A stretch of DNA of 64,000 bases from an uncultured bacterium. GTDB lineage: Bacteria > Oederibacteriota > PGYV01 > CAWJRG01. The notes beneath the pieces are model-generated. The model saw nothing but the letters and a program-made list of their open reading frames with translations. It was not told the origin of the DNA and ran no database searches. Below are positions 39,672-49,487 of the stretch, one piece after another; position 1 is the stretch's first letter; every line of letters starts with the position of its first letter. The translations under genes and the position numbers were made by a program. The stretch spans positions 288,001-352,000 of the forward strand of contig CAWJRG010000009.1 in the NCBI GenBank assembly GCA_963845185.1, read 5' to 3'.

Positions 39672-39719
39672 TTGCTGATTTAAACCAATTATTTAAAGGA
39701 GTGTGAAGGTGTACAAATA

Positions 39720-40562
39720 ATGAGCTTACATGATAAAGTAAAAGAACAAGTGCTGTTAAGCTGTAATAGTCTAGGTTTTCAAGCCAAGGAAGAATACAGT
39801 GGTAAAGATTGGCAAGCAGATGTTTTTGTGCTTACTAATTACGCAAAATATGCCTTTGAAGTTCAAATAACTCAGCAGTCATTGAATGAAACGTTGGCAA
39901 GACAGGAAAAATATAAAAGGGATGGTGTCATCGGCTGTTGGCTGTTTGAAAAAGAGCCAGCTGGGCAAAAAGATGAAAGAGAAGACCTTCCTTTATTTAA
40001 GATAAAAAATGTAGAAGATAAAACTATTGTATCCATCAAAGATAGAAAAGAACTGCCACTAGAAGTTTTTATTAGTGATTATCTTCAGAATAAAATTAAA
40101 TTTTGTCAAACACTTAGGATGCCTATAGCAGAGATTAGATTTGTAAAAGAAAAATGTTGGAAATGTGGCTTCGAATATCATATCTACTATATTGGTAACT
40201 TTATTTCGCCGTGCAATGCAAAAATATTGCCTAATGAAGCAATGTGGGTTTCAGACAAATTAGCATTTAAGCCTGAGATTATTACTAAAGTGAATGACTA
40301 TGCAATATCCGTAAAGGAACAAAACTTGAATATTGGAACAATAAAAGAACGGTACAGTAAAACGACAGAGAGTTCATATGTATCTTTTGGGTGTCCGCAA
40401 TGCGATGCTATATTCGGGGACTGGTTTCTTCACGAAGCAATTATTGACACATTCTATGGAGGAATTGCTGATAAAATACTAATTGAGGGGAATTTTGGTA
40501 CGCAATTAGAACGAAGTATTCCACATTGGTGTCATCCCGGCGAACATATGTTTTGTGAGTGA
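39720..40562 (+). CDS. CoiA-like PD-(D/E)XK nuclease with Zn-binding motifs
   Basis: WQADVFV..YAFEVQIT..RQEKY...GV..CWLF; CWKC and CPQC. Confidence 0.6.
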   Translation: MSLHDKVKEQVLLSCNSLGFQAKEEYSGKDWQADVFVLTNYAKYAFEVQITQQSLNETLARQEKYKRDGVIGCWLFEKEPAGQKDEREDLPLFKIKNVEDKTIVSIKDRKELPLEVFISDYLQNKIKFCQTLRMPIAEIRFVKEKCWKCGFEYHIYYIGNFISPCNAKILPNEAMWVSDKLAFKPEIITKVNDYAISVKEQNLNIGTIKERYSKTTESSYVSFGCPQCDAIFGDWFLHEAIIDTFYGGIADKILIEGNFGTQLERSIPHWCHPGEHMFCE

Positions 40563-40875
40563 CGGGAAAGCTGCTGCCGGATTTTACCCCACGCTAGCGA
40601 GAGAGTTGAAAGTTGAACAGGCGATGGAAAGATAGAAAAGGAAATCGGGAATAGAGAATAGGGAATAGGAGAAGGAAAATGTTGGGTGCAGATTGTAGAG
40701 TGTTGATTGAAAGATGAAAACGTAACTTTTAAGGCCTGACACCAACTTTCCCCGGCTTCCGGTGTCGAAAGTATTGTAATTATAAGTTGATATGCGGCAG
40801 AGGATGTTATATTATGTATTCCTGTAAGGAATATAGAGACAAAAAAAATGCCCTGAGAAGGGCGGGAGGCAACAA

Positions 40876-41352
40876 ATGGCACAGAAAAAGCAACAGGCAA
40901 AAAAGGAAAAGACAGGCAACAGTAATCCGGTAGTTATCTGCATTGCGGCAGTGCTTGCCGTAGCTTTAATCATCGCGGCAGTTAAATTGGGCGGCGCCAA
41001 TAAGAAATTGGCGGCAGCAACCGCCCAGTTAAAAACAGCCCAGGCAACTATTGCCCAGCAGCAAACCCTGCTGGCAGCGAAACCGCCGCTTCCGGTTTCC
41101 ACCGCGCTTTCCACACCCGGCCAGTATAAAAACACCGTGGTTTTTTTAACAAATACAAACGTGCCGCAGCCTCTTACAGTCACGGCAACCCTGTCAAACC
41201 CGGCTCCCAATAAACCAGGCACATACGTGTTAAACATAAATCCCGGCGCGAAAAAGTCTTTTGGCCACGCGCAGGGACTGATTTTTAACCACGGAGACAG
41301 GATCACTTTCCACAACGACAGTTATTCTGATGTCACGGTGGTAATACCGTAA
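40876..41352 (+). CDS. Hypothetical membrane-anchored protein
   Basis: GGAGG RBS, basic N-terminus, TM, short coiled coil, beta-rich C-terminus. Confidence 0.7.
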   Translation: MAQKKQQAKKEKTGNSNPVVICIAAVLAVALIIAAVKLGGANKKLAAATAQLKTAQATIAQQQTLLAAKPPLPVSTALSTPGQYKNTVVFLTNTNVPQPLTVTATLSNPAPNKPGTYVLNINPGAKKSFGHAQGLIFNHGDRITFHNDSYSDVTVVIP

Positions 41353-41374
41353 ATCAGGCGTAAAAAAGAGTCCT

Positions 41375-41415
41375 AAAAAACCACGGGAACAATACGAGCC
41401 CCGTGGTTTTTTTTT
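41375..41415. terminator. Bidirectional rho-independent terminator
   Basis: A6-CCACGGG...CCCGTGG-T9. Confidence 0.7.
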
Positions 41416-41639
41416 AGGAGATGCGCTTTGAAAGCGAAAGAAAAAAGCAAAAAGTGTTAGACCTTGCTTCGTGCTTTATTAAATTTATTTTATGTCAAGA
41501 ACTGTTTTTTTCAGGAGAGGGAGATAAAGCACCCTCACCCTGTTCCTGTTGAAGAATACTTATTATATATTTTATGGACTCTCAACGTTGAATATTCCAC
41601 TGGAATATTCAACCCCTTCTCTGAAAAGGCTTGTCAAGC

Positions 41640-41758
41640 ACAAATCCAAGTATAAGGGCTAAAATGTTAATTAACCTTCTCTTCGCCGCAGTTCTTTTCA
41701 CCCGGCATTATAACAAATCAAATTAAGGCCCTCTAACCTCTCCCACAGCCCAGAAGAT
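41640..41758 (-). ncRNA. Putative bridge/seek RNA of the IS110 element
   Basis: Non-coding region 3' of the recombinase with a 10/11 match to the target flank and an 8/8 match to the donor end. Confidence 0.6.
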
Positions 41759-42808
41759 TTACTGACTCAGGGGAAAACAGAGCGGCCTATAAGTATATTT
41801 TTTATATATCCTTTCTTCATAACCACGATTTTCTTTGAGCATTTTAAATATTATTTCTGCCATGTGCCTTGCAACTGCTATTATTGCCTTGTTTGAACCT
41901 CTGCGGCTTTTTACGTTCAAGTATATTGATTTAAAATACAAAGAACTTCTTACCGCTGTCCAAGCTGCTTCTACAAACGCACATTTTAAATGTTTGTTTG
42001 CCTGCCTTATTATCGGACCTCTATGTATTGTTTTATTACTCGCATATTCGCTTGGAACCAATCCGGCATATGACGCTAATCGTTTTGCCTTAGAGAATCT
42101 ATTTATATCAACTATTTCAAACGCCACTACCTTTGAAAGAACTTCTCCAAATCCAGGTACCGTCTTTATTATTTCCACATATCTATCTTTCCCTGTCATT
42201 TCTTTTGCAAGTTTTTCTGTTGCCTTTATTCCTGTATTAAGTTCGTCCACCAAATGCATCTCGAGGTTCAGCAATTCACGTTCGCTTTTTACCAGTTCGA
42301 CTCTTTCTATTGTGTCCCTGCCTTTTTTCCCAAACAAATCGCTGTGTACGCTTGTATCTATATGGTTCCTTGTCAATAACTGGTGCACCCTATTTTTTAC
42401 AGCTGTCCGTGTGCTCACCAGGAATTGCCTCTCTCTTAATATGTTCTTCTTAAGCCTTATTTCCTTCGACGGCACATATACTTCCGGTATTAAATTTGCT
42501 CTCAACAAATGGGCCAATATCTCCGAATCCCTTACATCGTTTTTTATCTGGCTTTCCGCTATCGCTCTCAGCTTCTGCGCATGCGCCAATTTTGTCTTTA
42601 CGCCGAGTTCCTCCAAAAGGTCGTACACTACTCCCCAGCAGTACGTTGTCTCAATTACCGCTTCGCATTCCTCTCCAATCTCAGCCAGCATTTTCTTAAA
42701 ATCCTCTGTCCTGTTTGAAAGAGCTCCTCTAAATCTGACTTGACCTTCTTTTGTCACCGCTGTAACATAAGACACGTTCTTGTGCACGTCCACACCAAGA
42801 TACAACAT
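41759..42808 (-). CDS. IS110-family DEDD recombinase/transposase
   Basis: LGVDVHK, AVIET, KNDVRDS, TVPGFG, LASYAGLVPSEYAS, AIIAVAR. Confidence 0.95.
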   Translation of the reverse strand: MLYLGVDVHKNVSYVTAVTKEGQVRFRGALSNRTEDFKKMLAEIGEECEAVIETTYCWGVVYDLLEELGVKTKLAHAQKLRAIAESQIKNDVRDSEILAHLLRANLIPEVYVPSKEIRLKKNILRERQFLVSTRTAVKNRVHQLLTRNHIDTSVHSDLFGKKGRDTIERVELVKSERELLNLEMHLVDELNTGIKATEKLAKEMTGKDRYVEIIKTVPGFGEVLSKVVAFEIVDINRFSKAKRLASYAGLVPSEYASNKTIHRGPIIRQANKHLKCAFVEAAWTAVRSSLYFKSIYLNVKSRRGSNKAIIAVARHMAEIIFKMLKENRGYEERIYKKYTYRPLCFPLSQ

Positions 42809-42929
42809 ACGGCACCTCCTAGGTTTTTAATGTTGTGGGTGCTAACACACGCCACGTTACCATTATACCTGGGGGTGCCTTCTTTTCATATTACCTCTCC
42901 CGCAAGTGGGGGAGGGAGATAAGGATAAA

Positions 42930-43421
42930 ATGAAAAATACTATATATCTTTCTCTCGGAAGCAACATAGGAGACAGGAAAAAAAACATAGCTGAAGCTAT
43001 TGATTCACTGGAAAAAGCAGGAATCAGAATAAAAAAAAAATCAGCATTATATGAAACCGAGCCTGTGGGCATAAAGGAACAGGAAAATTTTTATAATATG
43101 TGCTTAGCCGCGGAAACAGAGCTCGAGCCTGAAGATTTATTGAAAAAAATAAAAGAAATAGAAGCGAAAATCGGCAGGCTTCCATCGCAGCGCTGGGGGC
43201 CGAGGATTATAGATATTGACATATTATTTTATAATAATATAATATTTGAGAATGAAGATTTAAAAATTCCGCATCCTGAAATTTTAAACAGGAAATTTGT
43301 GCTTATCCCCATGGCTGAAATAGCAGGTGACTATGTTCATCCGGTAATTAATTCAAAAATCAAGGATATTTTGAAAAATAGCAATTTGATTGAGAAGGTA
43401 ATAAAAATAGGAGTTATATAA
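42930..43421 (+). CDS. folK: 2-amino-4-hydroxy-6-hydroxymethyldihydropteridine pyrophosphokinase
   Basis: YLSLGSNIGD, YETEP, RWGPRIIDIDIL, IPHP, RKFVLIP. Confidence 0.96.
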   Translation: MKNTIYLSLGSNIGDRKKNIAEAIDSLEKAGIRIKKKSALYETEPVGIKEQENFYNMCLAAETELEPEDLLKKIKEIEAKIGRLPSQRWGPRIIDIDILFYNNIIFENEDLKIPHPEILNRKFVLIPMAEIAGDYVHPVINSKIKDILKNSNLIEKVIKIGVI

Positions 43422-43424
43422 TTT

Positions 43425-44072
43425 ATGGCGGATTTCCATTATATCGCTATCGAAGGCGTATTAGGGGCAGGAAAGACTTCTTTTGCAAAGAGAATGGCAA
43501 AAGACCTGTCGGCGCGGCTGGTGCTGGAGGAAGTGGACAATAACCCGTTTCTTCCGGGCTTTTACAAGGACATGAAAAATTTCGCTTTGCAGACCCAGCT
43601 TTTTTTCCTTTTAAACAGGGCAAAACAGCAGGCGCCTTTAAAGCAGATGGATTTATTTGAAAACAAGATAGTGGCGGATTATTTGATTGAAAAGGACAGG
43701 ATTTTCGCTTATGTGATACTTGACGAAAACGAACTTAACCTTTATGAGAAAATTTACCCAATAGTGGTTGACGACGCAAAGTTATTAAAACCCGACATTG
43801 TAGTGTATTTGCAGGCAAGCGCCGAGGTTTTAATAGAAAGGATAAAAAGGCGCGGCAGGGACTTTGAAAAGCACATTTCAAAAGAGTATATAGGCAGGCT
43901 TGCAGAGGCGTATACTTATTTTTTTACGCATTTTGACAGCAGGACACCGCTTGTAATAGTAAATACCGATGAAATTGATTTTGTGAACGACGAGGAGCAT
44001 TACCAGATGATTAAACAATTTATTTTTAATATAAAAGGCGGAGTTAATTATTACACCCCGCGCCCAAAATAA
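43425..44072 (+). CDS. Deoxynucleoside kinase
   Basis: IAIEGVLGAGKTS, NPFLPGFY, TQLFFL, RIKRRGRDFE. Confidence 0.9.
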   Translation: MADFHYIAIEGVLGAGKTSFAKRMAKDLSARLVLEEVDNNPFLPGFYKDMKNFALQTQLFFLLNRAKQQAPLKQMDLFENKIVADYLIEKDRIFAYVILDENELNLYEKIYPIVVDDAKLLKPDIVVYLQASAEVLIERIKRRGRDFEKHISKEYIGRLAEAYTYFFTHFDSRTPLVIVNTDEIDFVNDEEHYQMIKQFIFNIKGGVNYYTPRPK

Positions 44073-44076
44073 AAAC

Positions 44077-44865
44077 ATGCTTAATATAAACCAAATAAAA
44101 GCCCTTAAAAACAGAAAAAAAATCGTAATGTTGACTGCTTATGACTACACAATGGCTTCGTTCCTGGAGCAGGCCGGCGTGGACATAATACTCGTGGGAG
44201 ATACGCTGGGAATGGTTTTTGCCGGGAATAAAAGCACCATGCCGGTTAGCGTTGAAGACATGATTTACCATACAAAAGCAGTCAAAAGGGGCGCAAGGAA
44301 CACTTTTATCACGGTTGACATGCCTTTTATGTCTTATCAGGCGTCAATCCGCGACGCAAAGGCAAACGCCGGGAAGATTATGAAGGAAACAGGCGCAAAC
44401 GCTGTAAAGCTCGAGGGCGGCAAGGAAGCAGCCGGGCAGATAAAGGCAATAGTCGATATAGGCATACCGGTTATGGGACATATCGGGCTGCAGCCCCAAT
44501 CGGTAAATAAATACGGCGGTTATGCTTTACAGGGAACAACAGAAGAAGAAAAGGCAAAGCTTATAAAAAGCGCAATTGCGCTTGAAAAAGCAGGAGTGTT
44601 TTCAATCGTTGTGGAAAAGACAAAAAAGGAAACAACCAGGGAAATAACAAATAGCGTGTCCGTGCCTGTCATAGGCATTGGCGCAGGGCCGTTTTGCGAC
44701 GGCCAGGTGCTTGTTACATATGACATGCTCGGCCTCTTTGAGGATTTCAGCCCAAAATTTGTAAAAAAATACGACAACATAGCAGGCAGGATAAAAAAGG
44801 CAGTAAAGTCTTTTATTAGTGATGTAAAAGGCAAAAAATTTCCGGGAAACAAATACAGTTTTTAA
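44077..44865 (+). CDS. panB: 3-methyl-2-oxobutanoate hydroxymethyltransferase
   Basis: MLTAYD, ILVGDT, DMPFMSY, AVKLEGG, GHIGL, IGIGAG..CDGQVLV. Confidence 0.96.
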   Translation: MLNINQIKALKNRKKIVMLTAYDYTMASFLEQAGVDIILVGDTLGMVFAGNKSTMPVSVEDMIYHTKAVKRGARNTFITVDMPFMSYQASIRDAKANAGKIMKETGANAVKLEGGKEAAGQIKAIVDIGIPVMGHIGLQPQSVNKYGGYALQGTTEEEKAKLIKSAIALEKAGVFSIVVEKTKKETTREITNSVSVPVIGIGAGPFCDGQVLVTYDMLGLFEDFSPKFVKKYDNIAGRIKKAVKSFISDVKGKKFPGNKYSF

Positions 44866-44877
44866 CTGCCTTAATTT

Positions 44878-44932
44878 ATCCCCTTTGACAAAGGGGATTT
44901 AAAATCCCCCTCACCCCCTTTATTAAAGGGGG
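44878..44932. repeat. Tandem REP-like palindromes
   Basis: ATCCCCTTTGACAAAGGGGAT and CACCCCCTTTATTAAAGGGGGTG. Confidence 0.6.
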
Positions 44933-44949
44933 TGGAAAGAAGAAAACGA

Positions 44950-45804
44950 ATGAAAGTAATGAAAAAAGTTTCAGAAGTACAAGAGCACATTAAAAAGCTG
45001 AAAAAAAGAGGGCACCTTATCGGCTTTGTGCCGACTATGGGATATCTGCATGAAGGGCATATTTCACTCGTCGAGCGGGCTGCGCAGGAAACAAAAAAAG
45101 TATTAGTAAGTATTTTTATAAATCCAACCCAGTTTGGGCCGGATGAAGACTTTGGAAGTTACCCCAGAAATGAAAAAAGAGATTTGAAAATGCTGAAAGC
45201 GACCAAAAAAGTGAACTGCGTTTTTATGCCTGAAAAAGAGGAAATGTACAAAGAAGATTTTTCAACTTATGTGAACCTTGAAAATTATATGACTGAGATT
45301 CTTGAGGGCGCGTCAAGGCCCGGGCATTTCAAAGGCGTGACGACAGTTATCGCGAAACTGGTAAATATTGTCCTGCCGGACAGGATATACCTGGGGCAAA
45401 AAGATTTTCAGCAGGCAGCGATACTTGCCAAAATGGCAAAAGACTTAAATTACGCTGCCGAAGTCATCGTATGCCCGACAATAAGGGAAAAAGACGGCCT
45501 TGCCATGAGCTCGAGGAATACTTATCTTTCCGCGGAAGAAAGGGAAAGGGCACTTATAATAAACAAATCCCTGCAGATGGCTGAAAGCATGGTAGAACTG
45601 GGCGAGAGGGATGCCGAAACAGTAATAAAGGAGATAAGGAGAAAAATAAAGGAAGTAAACGTAGAAATTGATTATGTTGAAGTCGTTGACGCAGGGACAC
45701 TGCAAAAAATAAGTAAATTTTCAGGAAAGTCCGCAATAGTCATTGCGGCTGTAGTAGGTAAAACGAGGCTGATAGACAACACGATAATTGAGATTAAAAA
45801 CTAG
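44950..45804 (+). CDS. panC: Pantoate--beta-alanine ligase
   Basis: FVPTMGYLHEGH, SIFINPTQF, RPGHFKGV, GQKDFQQ, GLAMSSRN, RLIDN. Confidence 0.97.
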   Translation: MKVMKKVSEVQEHIKKLKKRGHLIGFVPTMGYLHEGHISLVERAAQETKKVLVSIFINPTQFGPDEDFGSYPRNEKRDLKMLKATKKVNCVFMPEKEEMYKEDFSTYVNLENYMTEILEGASRPGHFKGVTTVIAKLVNIVLPDRIYLGQKDFQQAAILAKMAKDLNYAAEVIVCPTIREKDGLAMSSRNTYLSAEERERALIINKSLQMAESMVELGERDAETVIKEIRRKIKEVNVEIDYVEVVDAGTLQKISKFSGKSAIVIAAVVGKTRLIDNTIIEIKN

Positions 45805-45842
45805 GCGCAGGTTGATTAAAAAAATCAGGAGGTAAAGCATAG

Positions 45843-46217
45843 ATGCTTGTAGAAATGTGCAAGTCGAAAATTCACAGGGCTACTGTAACGGATAAAAACA
45901 TCAATTATGAAGGCAGTATTACAATAGATGGAAAGCTTTTAAATGCCGCAGGAATCAATGTCTATGAAAAAGTGCATGTGTTCAACCTCAACACAGGCGA
46001 CAGGTTTGAGACCTACGCGATAAAAGGCAGGTTGGGCTCAGGAACTGTATGTTTAAACGGCGCCGCGGCTCGGCTTGGAGAAAAAGGCGACCAAATAATT
46101 ATTCTTTCGTATGCCACCGTTCAAGATTACGAGGCAAAAGACTTTAAACCCAGCATTGTTCATGTGGATTCGAAAAACAGGATAAAAAAGTCAGCTTTAA
46201 AGAAGAAAAATAAATAA
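45843..46217 (+). CDS. panD: Aspartate 1-decarboxylase
   Basis: [18 protein letters not shown] (G-S cleavage site), RFETY, NGAAAR. Confidence 0.97.
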   Translation: MLVEMCKSKIHRATVTDKNINYEGSITIDGKLLNAAGINVYEKVHVFNLNTGDRFETYAIKGRLGSGTVCLNGAAARLGEKGDQIIILSYATVQDYEAKDFKPSIVHVDSKNRIKKSALKKKNK

Positions 46218-46235
46218 GAAAAGGAGAGACTGGAA

Positions 46236-47069
46236 ATGACGGAGCAGGAGAACCAGATAAAAAGGAAAAAACTCGGCATTATAGGATGCGGCAATATAGG
46301 CAATGAAATAGCGCAGGCAATTGATAAGGGTGATATTGATGTTGTTTTGTCCGGATGTTTTGACGTAAAAAAAGAACAATTTGACAATCTGGCCGGGAAG
46401 CTGAAAAATATAAAGCCTCAATTTTTCGAGATGGAAGAACTAATAAAAAACTGCGATATAATACTTGAATGCGCGGTAAAGAGCGCGGTTAAAGGAATAT
46501 TTGAGCTCATTATTAAATACCACAGGGACAGTATATTCTTAAGCGCCGGCGGTGTGCTGGAGAATATGGGCCTTGTTGAAGAAGCCCAGAAAAAAAGGAT
46601 AAATATATACGTGCCTTCCGGCGCGGTCGTGGGGCTTGACGGCCTTGACGCGGCAAAATACAGGGGCTTAAAAAAAGTGACGCTTATAACCAGAAAGCCG
46701 CCCAAGGCTTTCAAGGGAGTGAAATACCTGCAGGAGAAAAATATAGACGTGGATAACATAAAAACAGAAACCGTGGCATTTGAGGGTAATGCAAGGGATG
46801 CCGTCCGGTATTTTCCAGCTAATATAAATGTAGCGGCTACCTTAAGCATAGCCGGAGTTGGACCTGAAAAAACATATGTAAAAATCGTGATAGACCCTTT
46901 TATCACGGCAAACATACATGAAATTATCGTGGAAGGTGATTTCGGCAGGTTCAGGACCATAACCGAAAACCTGCCTTCACCAAACAACCCGAAGACAAGC
47001 TATCTTACTTCGCTTTCTGCCATAGTCCTGATAAAAAAAATAGTGGAACCATTACACATTGGGACTTAA
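46236..47069 (+). CDS. nadX: L-aspartate dehydrogenase
   Basis: GIIGCGNIG, PSGAVVGLDG, RKPP, FPANINVAA, NPKTS. Confidence 0.9.
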   Translation: MTEQENQIKRKKLGIIGCGNIGNEIAQAIDKGDIDVVLSGCFDVKKEQFDNLAGKLKNIKPQFFEMEELIKNCDIILECAVKSAVKGIFELIIKYHRDSIFLSAGGVLENMGLVEEAQKKRINIYVPSGAVVGLDGLDAAKYRGLKKVTLITRKPPKAFKGVKYLQEKNIDVDNIKTETVAFEGNARDAVRYFPANINVAATLSIAGVGPEKTYVKIVIDPFITANIHEIIVEGDFGRFRTITENLPSPNNPKTSYLTSLSAIVLIKKIVEPLHIGT

Positions 47070-48059
47070 ATGATTTACGGAACACCTTCCGCTGTTCCCG
47101 ATTCCCAACTCCCGATTCCCGAACACCTACCCTATTTATCGCTAAATCATTATTTCAGAGAGAAATACAAGAAACGCGTTCAGAAAATTACGGTTTCTCT
47201 CCCTTTTACCTGCCCAAACAGGGACGGGAAAATTTCAAAGGGCGGATGCACATACTGCTATAAGGGCAGCATGCCGCCGAAAAACTCAACAGATATCCCG
47301 CTTGAAAAGCAGATTGAAGAAGGAATATTCAGGGGCAAAAGAAAATTCGGGAAAGACACTTTGTTTATGGTTTATTTTCAGACATACTCAAACACATACG
47401 CTGGTATTGATGAATTAAAAAGCAGATATGATATGGCGCTTAAATATGCGGATGTAATAGGCATTGACGTCGGCACAAGGCCTGACTGCGTTTCGGAGGA
47501 AACCCTTGATTTGCTAAAATCATATTCAAATAAATTGCAGGAAGTATGGATTGAATACGGGCTTCAGTCGGCAAATGACGAGACATTAAAAAGAATAAAC
47601 CGCGGCCATAATGCCGTTGATTTTATAAATGCAGTAAAGCGCACAAAGAAAAAAGGTCTTAAAGTAACAGCGCATATGATTGTTGGGTTCCCATGGGAAA
47701 ACCATGATGATTTCATAAAAACAGCAGAGTTGATATCATCATTGCCAGCTGACGGCATAAAAATACACCCGCTATATATCATGGAAGCTACAAAACTCGG
47801 CGAAGAATATAAAAATAACAAATTTAAATTATTGACCGTTGAAGAATATACCAGTATACTTGCCGATATTGTTGAAATGCTTCCTGAAGATATGGTTATA
47901 ATGCGATTTACAGCAGAAGGTGAAGACAAAGGCCTGCTTGCGCCGGAATACTGCAAGCCGCAGTATAAAAACAGTATAAAAGAAATGCTTATTGAGGAAC
48001 TAAGAAAAAGAGGCACACGCCAAAGTGTGAAATTTAAAGCAAATAGGTCAATAAAATAA
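47070..48059 (+). CDS. Radical SAM protein, YhcC/TIGR01212-like
   Basis: FTCPNRDG...GGCTYC, YFQTYSNTY, GTRPDC, EYGLQS, INRGH. Confidence 0.9.
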   Translation: MIYGTPSAVPDSQLPIPEHLPYLSLNHYFREKYKKRVQKITVSLPFTCPNRDGKISKGGCTYCYKGSMPPKNSTDIPLEKQIEEGIFRGKRKFGKDTLFMVYFQTYSNTYAGIDELKSRYDMALKYADVIGIDVGTRPDCVSEETLDLLKSYSNKLQEVWIEYGLQSANDETLKRINRGHNAVDFINAVKRTKKKGLKVTAHMIVGFPWENHDDFIKTAELISSLPADGIKIHPLYIMEATKLGEEYKNNKFKLLTVEEYTSILADIVEMLPEDMVIMRFTAEGEDKGLLAPEYCKPQYKNSIKEMLIEELRKRGTRQSVKFKANRSIK

Positions 48060-48178
48060 GGAATTTCCGGCTTGTTATCGGCTGTTAAAAGATAATAATA
48101 TACACAACGGAACATTTTATAAAGCAAAGACGTCTAAATTTAGGTTAAAAAACTTTAAAAAGGATTGATACGGCCAAA

Positions 48179-49487
48179 GTGAAGATTATCAGAATACTTA
48201 TACTTGCCATGTTTGTGTTTGTTGGCAGCGTGAAAGCCCAAGATGCCTTAACATGGAAAGACTGCGTTGACGAAACGCTCAAGAACAACCCGACTATAAA
48301 GGCAGCCGCAGCGCAAGTGACGCAAACTAAAGCCCAGGGATGGTCTTCTTTTGCTTCGGCGCTCCCCCAGGTAAGCGCGTATGCAAGCGGGCAGAGAAAC
48401 GGGGAAGACCTGATCTCCAGTACCGAGATAAACGGAATTAATTTTACTACGTTAAACACATCCCATGCCCAAACTTACTCGTATGGAATAACAGCAAAAC
48501 AGCTAATTTTTGACGGGTTCTCGACTTTGCACCTTATGTTAAGCGCATCAGAGAACTCAAAGGCAGCTGAAGAGAATTACAAAGCAAGTTCAGCTTCGGT
48601 AAGGCAGGAGCTTGTTCAGTCATTTGCCGGCCTTTTGGCAGCTCAGGATCTTGTAAAAATAGATACCGATATTCTAAGCCTCAGGAAAAGTCAGCTTAAC
48701 GATATAACCCTTATGTACCAGTCAGGCAGGGAAGATAAAGGGAACTACATGCATACGGAGGCAGCATACGAGCAGTCGGTTTACAGTAAAAATCAGGCTG
48801 TCAGGGGGCTGGAATTGGCAAAGGCCCAGCTGTGTTTCGTATTGGGCAGGAACGAGAAACAGGATATTACAGTGACTGGAGATTTTGCAATATCTTCAGA
48901 CATAAACAGCGAGCCGGATTATAATGCGCTTGCCAAAGATAACCCTTCAATGCAGGCGCTGACAGCCCAGAAAAAATTCGGCTGATTATGCTTCAAAGGC
49001 AGCTCTCGGCAACTTTCTGCCGTCGGTTTATATAACTGGAAGCGCTGGCAGGGAGGACGATGTATGGCTGCCTCAAGCCCAAAGAGTATGGAGCGTTGGC
49101 GTTAGCGCGTCGATGCCGCTTTTTGAAGGCGGCGCACTTGTAGCGAAAGCAATCCAGACACACGCTGCGGCAGATCAGGCAGAAGCAAATGAGAAAGCCG
49201 GCAGGGACCAGATAATACAGGCGCTTATACAGTCGTGGAAGAGCCTTAAAGATGCATATGAATTTGTCGGCGTTCAGAAAAAAAATCTCGACGCTGAAGC
49301 TGAAAGGGCAAAAATTGCCGACGTGGAATACCAGACAGGCCTGATGAATTTTAATGATTGGACAGTAATACAGGATTCTTTTATAGGCTCAAAGACATCA
49401 TACCTTAACTCTCAAACTAATCTGCTTACAACCGAAGCAGCCTGGATACAGGCCAAAGGAGGAACACTCGAAGATGAAAAAAAATAG
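48179..49487 (+). pseudogene. TolC-family outer membrane protein, frameshifted near 48977
   Basis: Signal peptide, NNP..LPQVS..IFDGF, then MPLFEGG; deleting one T in AAAAAATTCGGCTGAT restores KKSADYASKAALGNFLP. Confidence 0.85.

Larger units (their letters stand above)
41615..42896 (-). mobile_element. IS110 family (IS1111-type) insertion sequence
   Basis: CCT at both boundaries, sub-terminal TGAAAAG inverted repeats, predicted circle junction TTGACA-N17-TAATAT. Confidence 0.8.

Noticed and set aside
41835..42743. 302 aa plus-strand ORF
   Set aside because: Antisense shadow of the IS110 recombinase; no motifs or RBS
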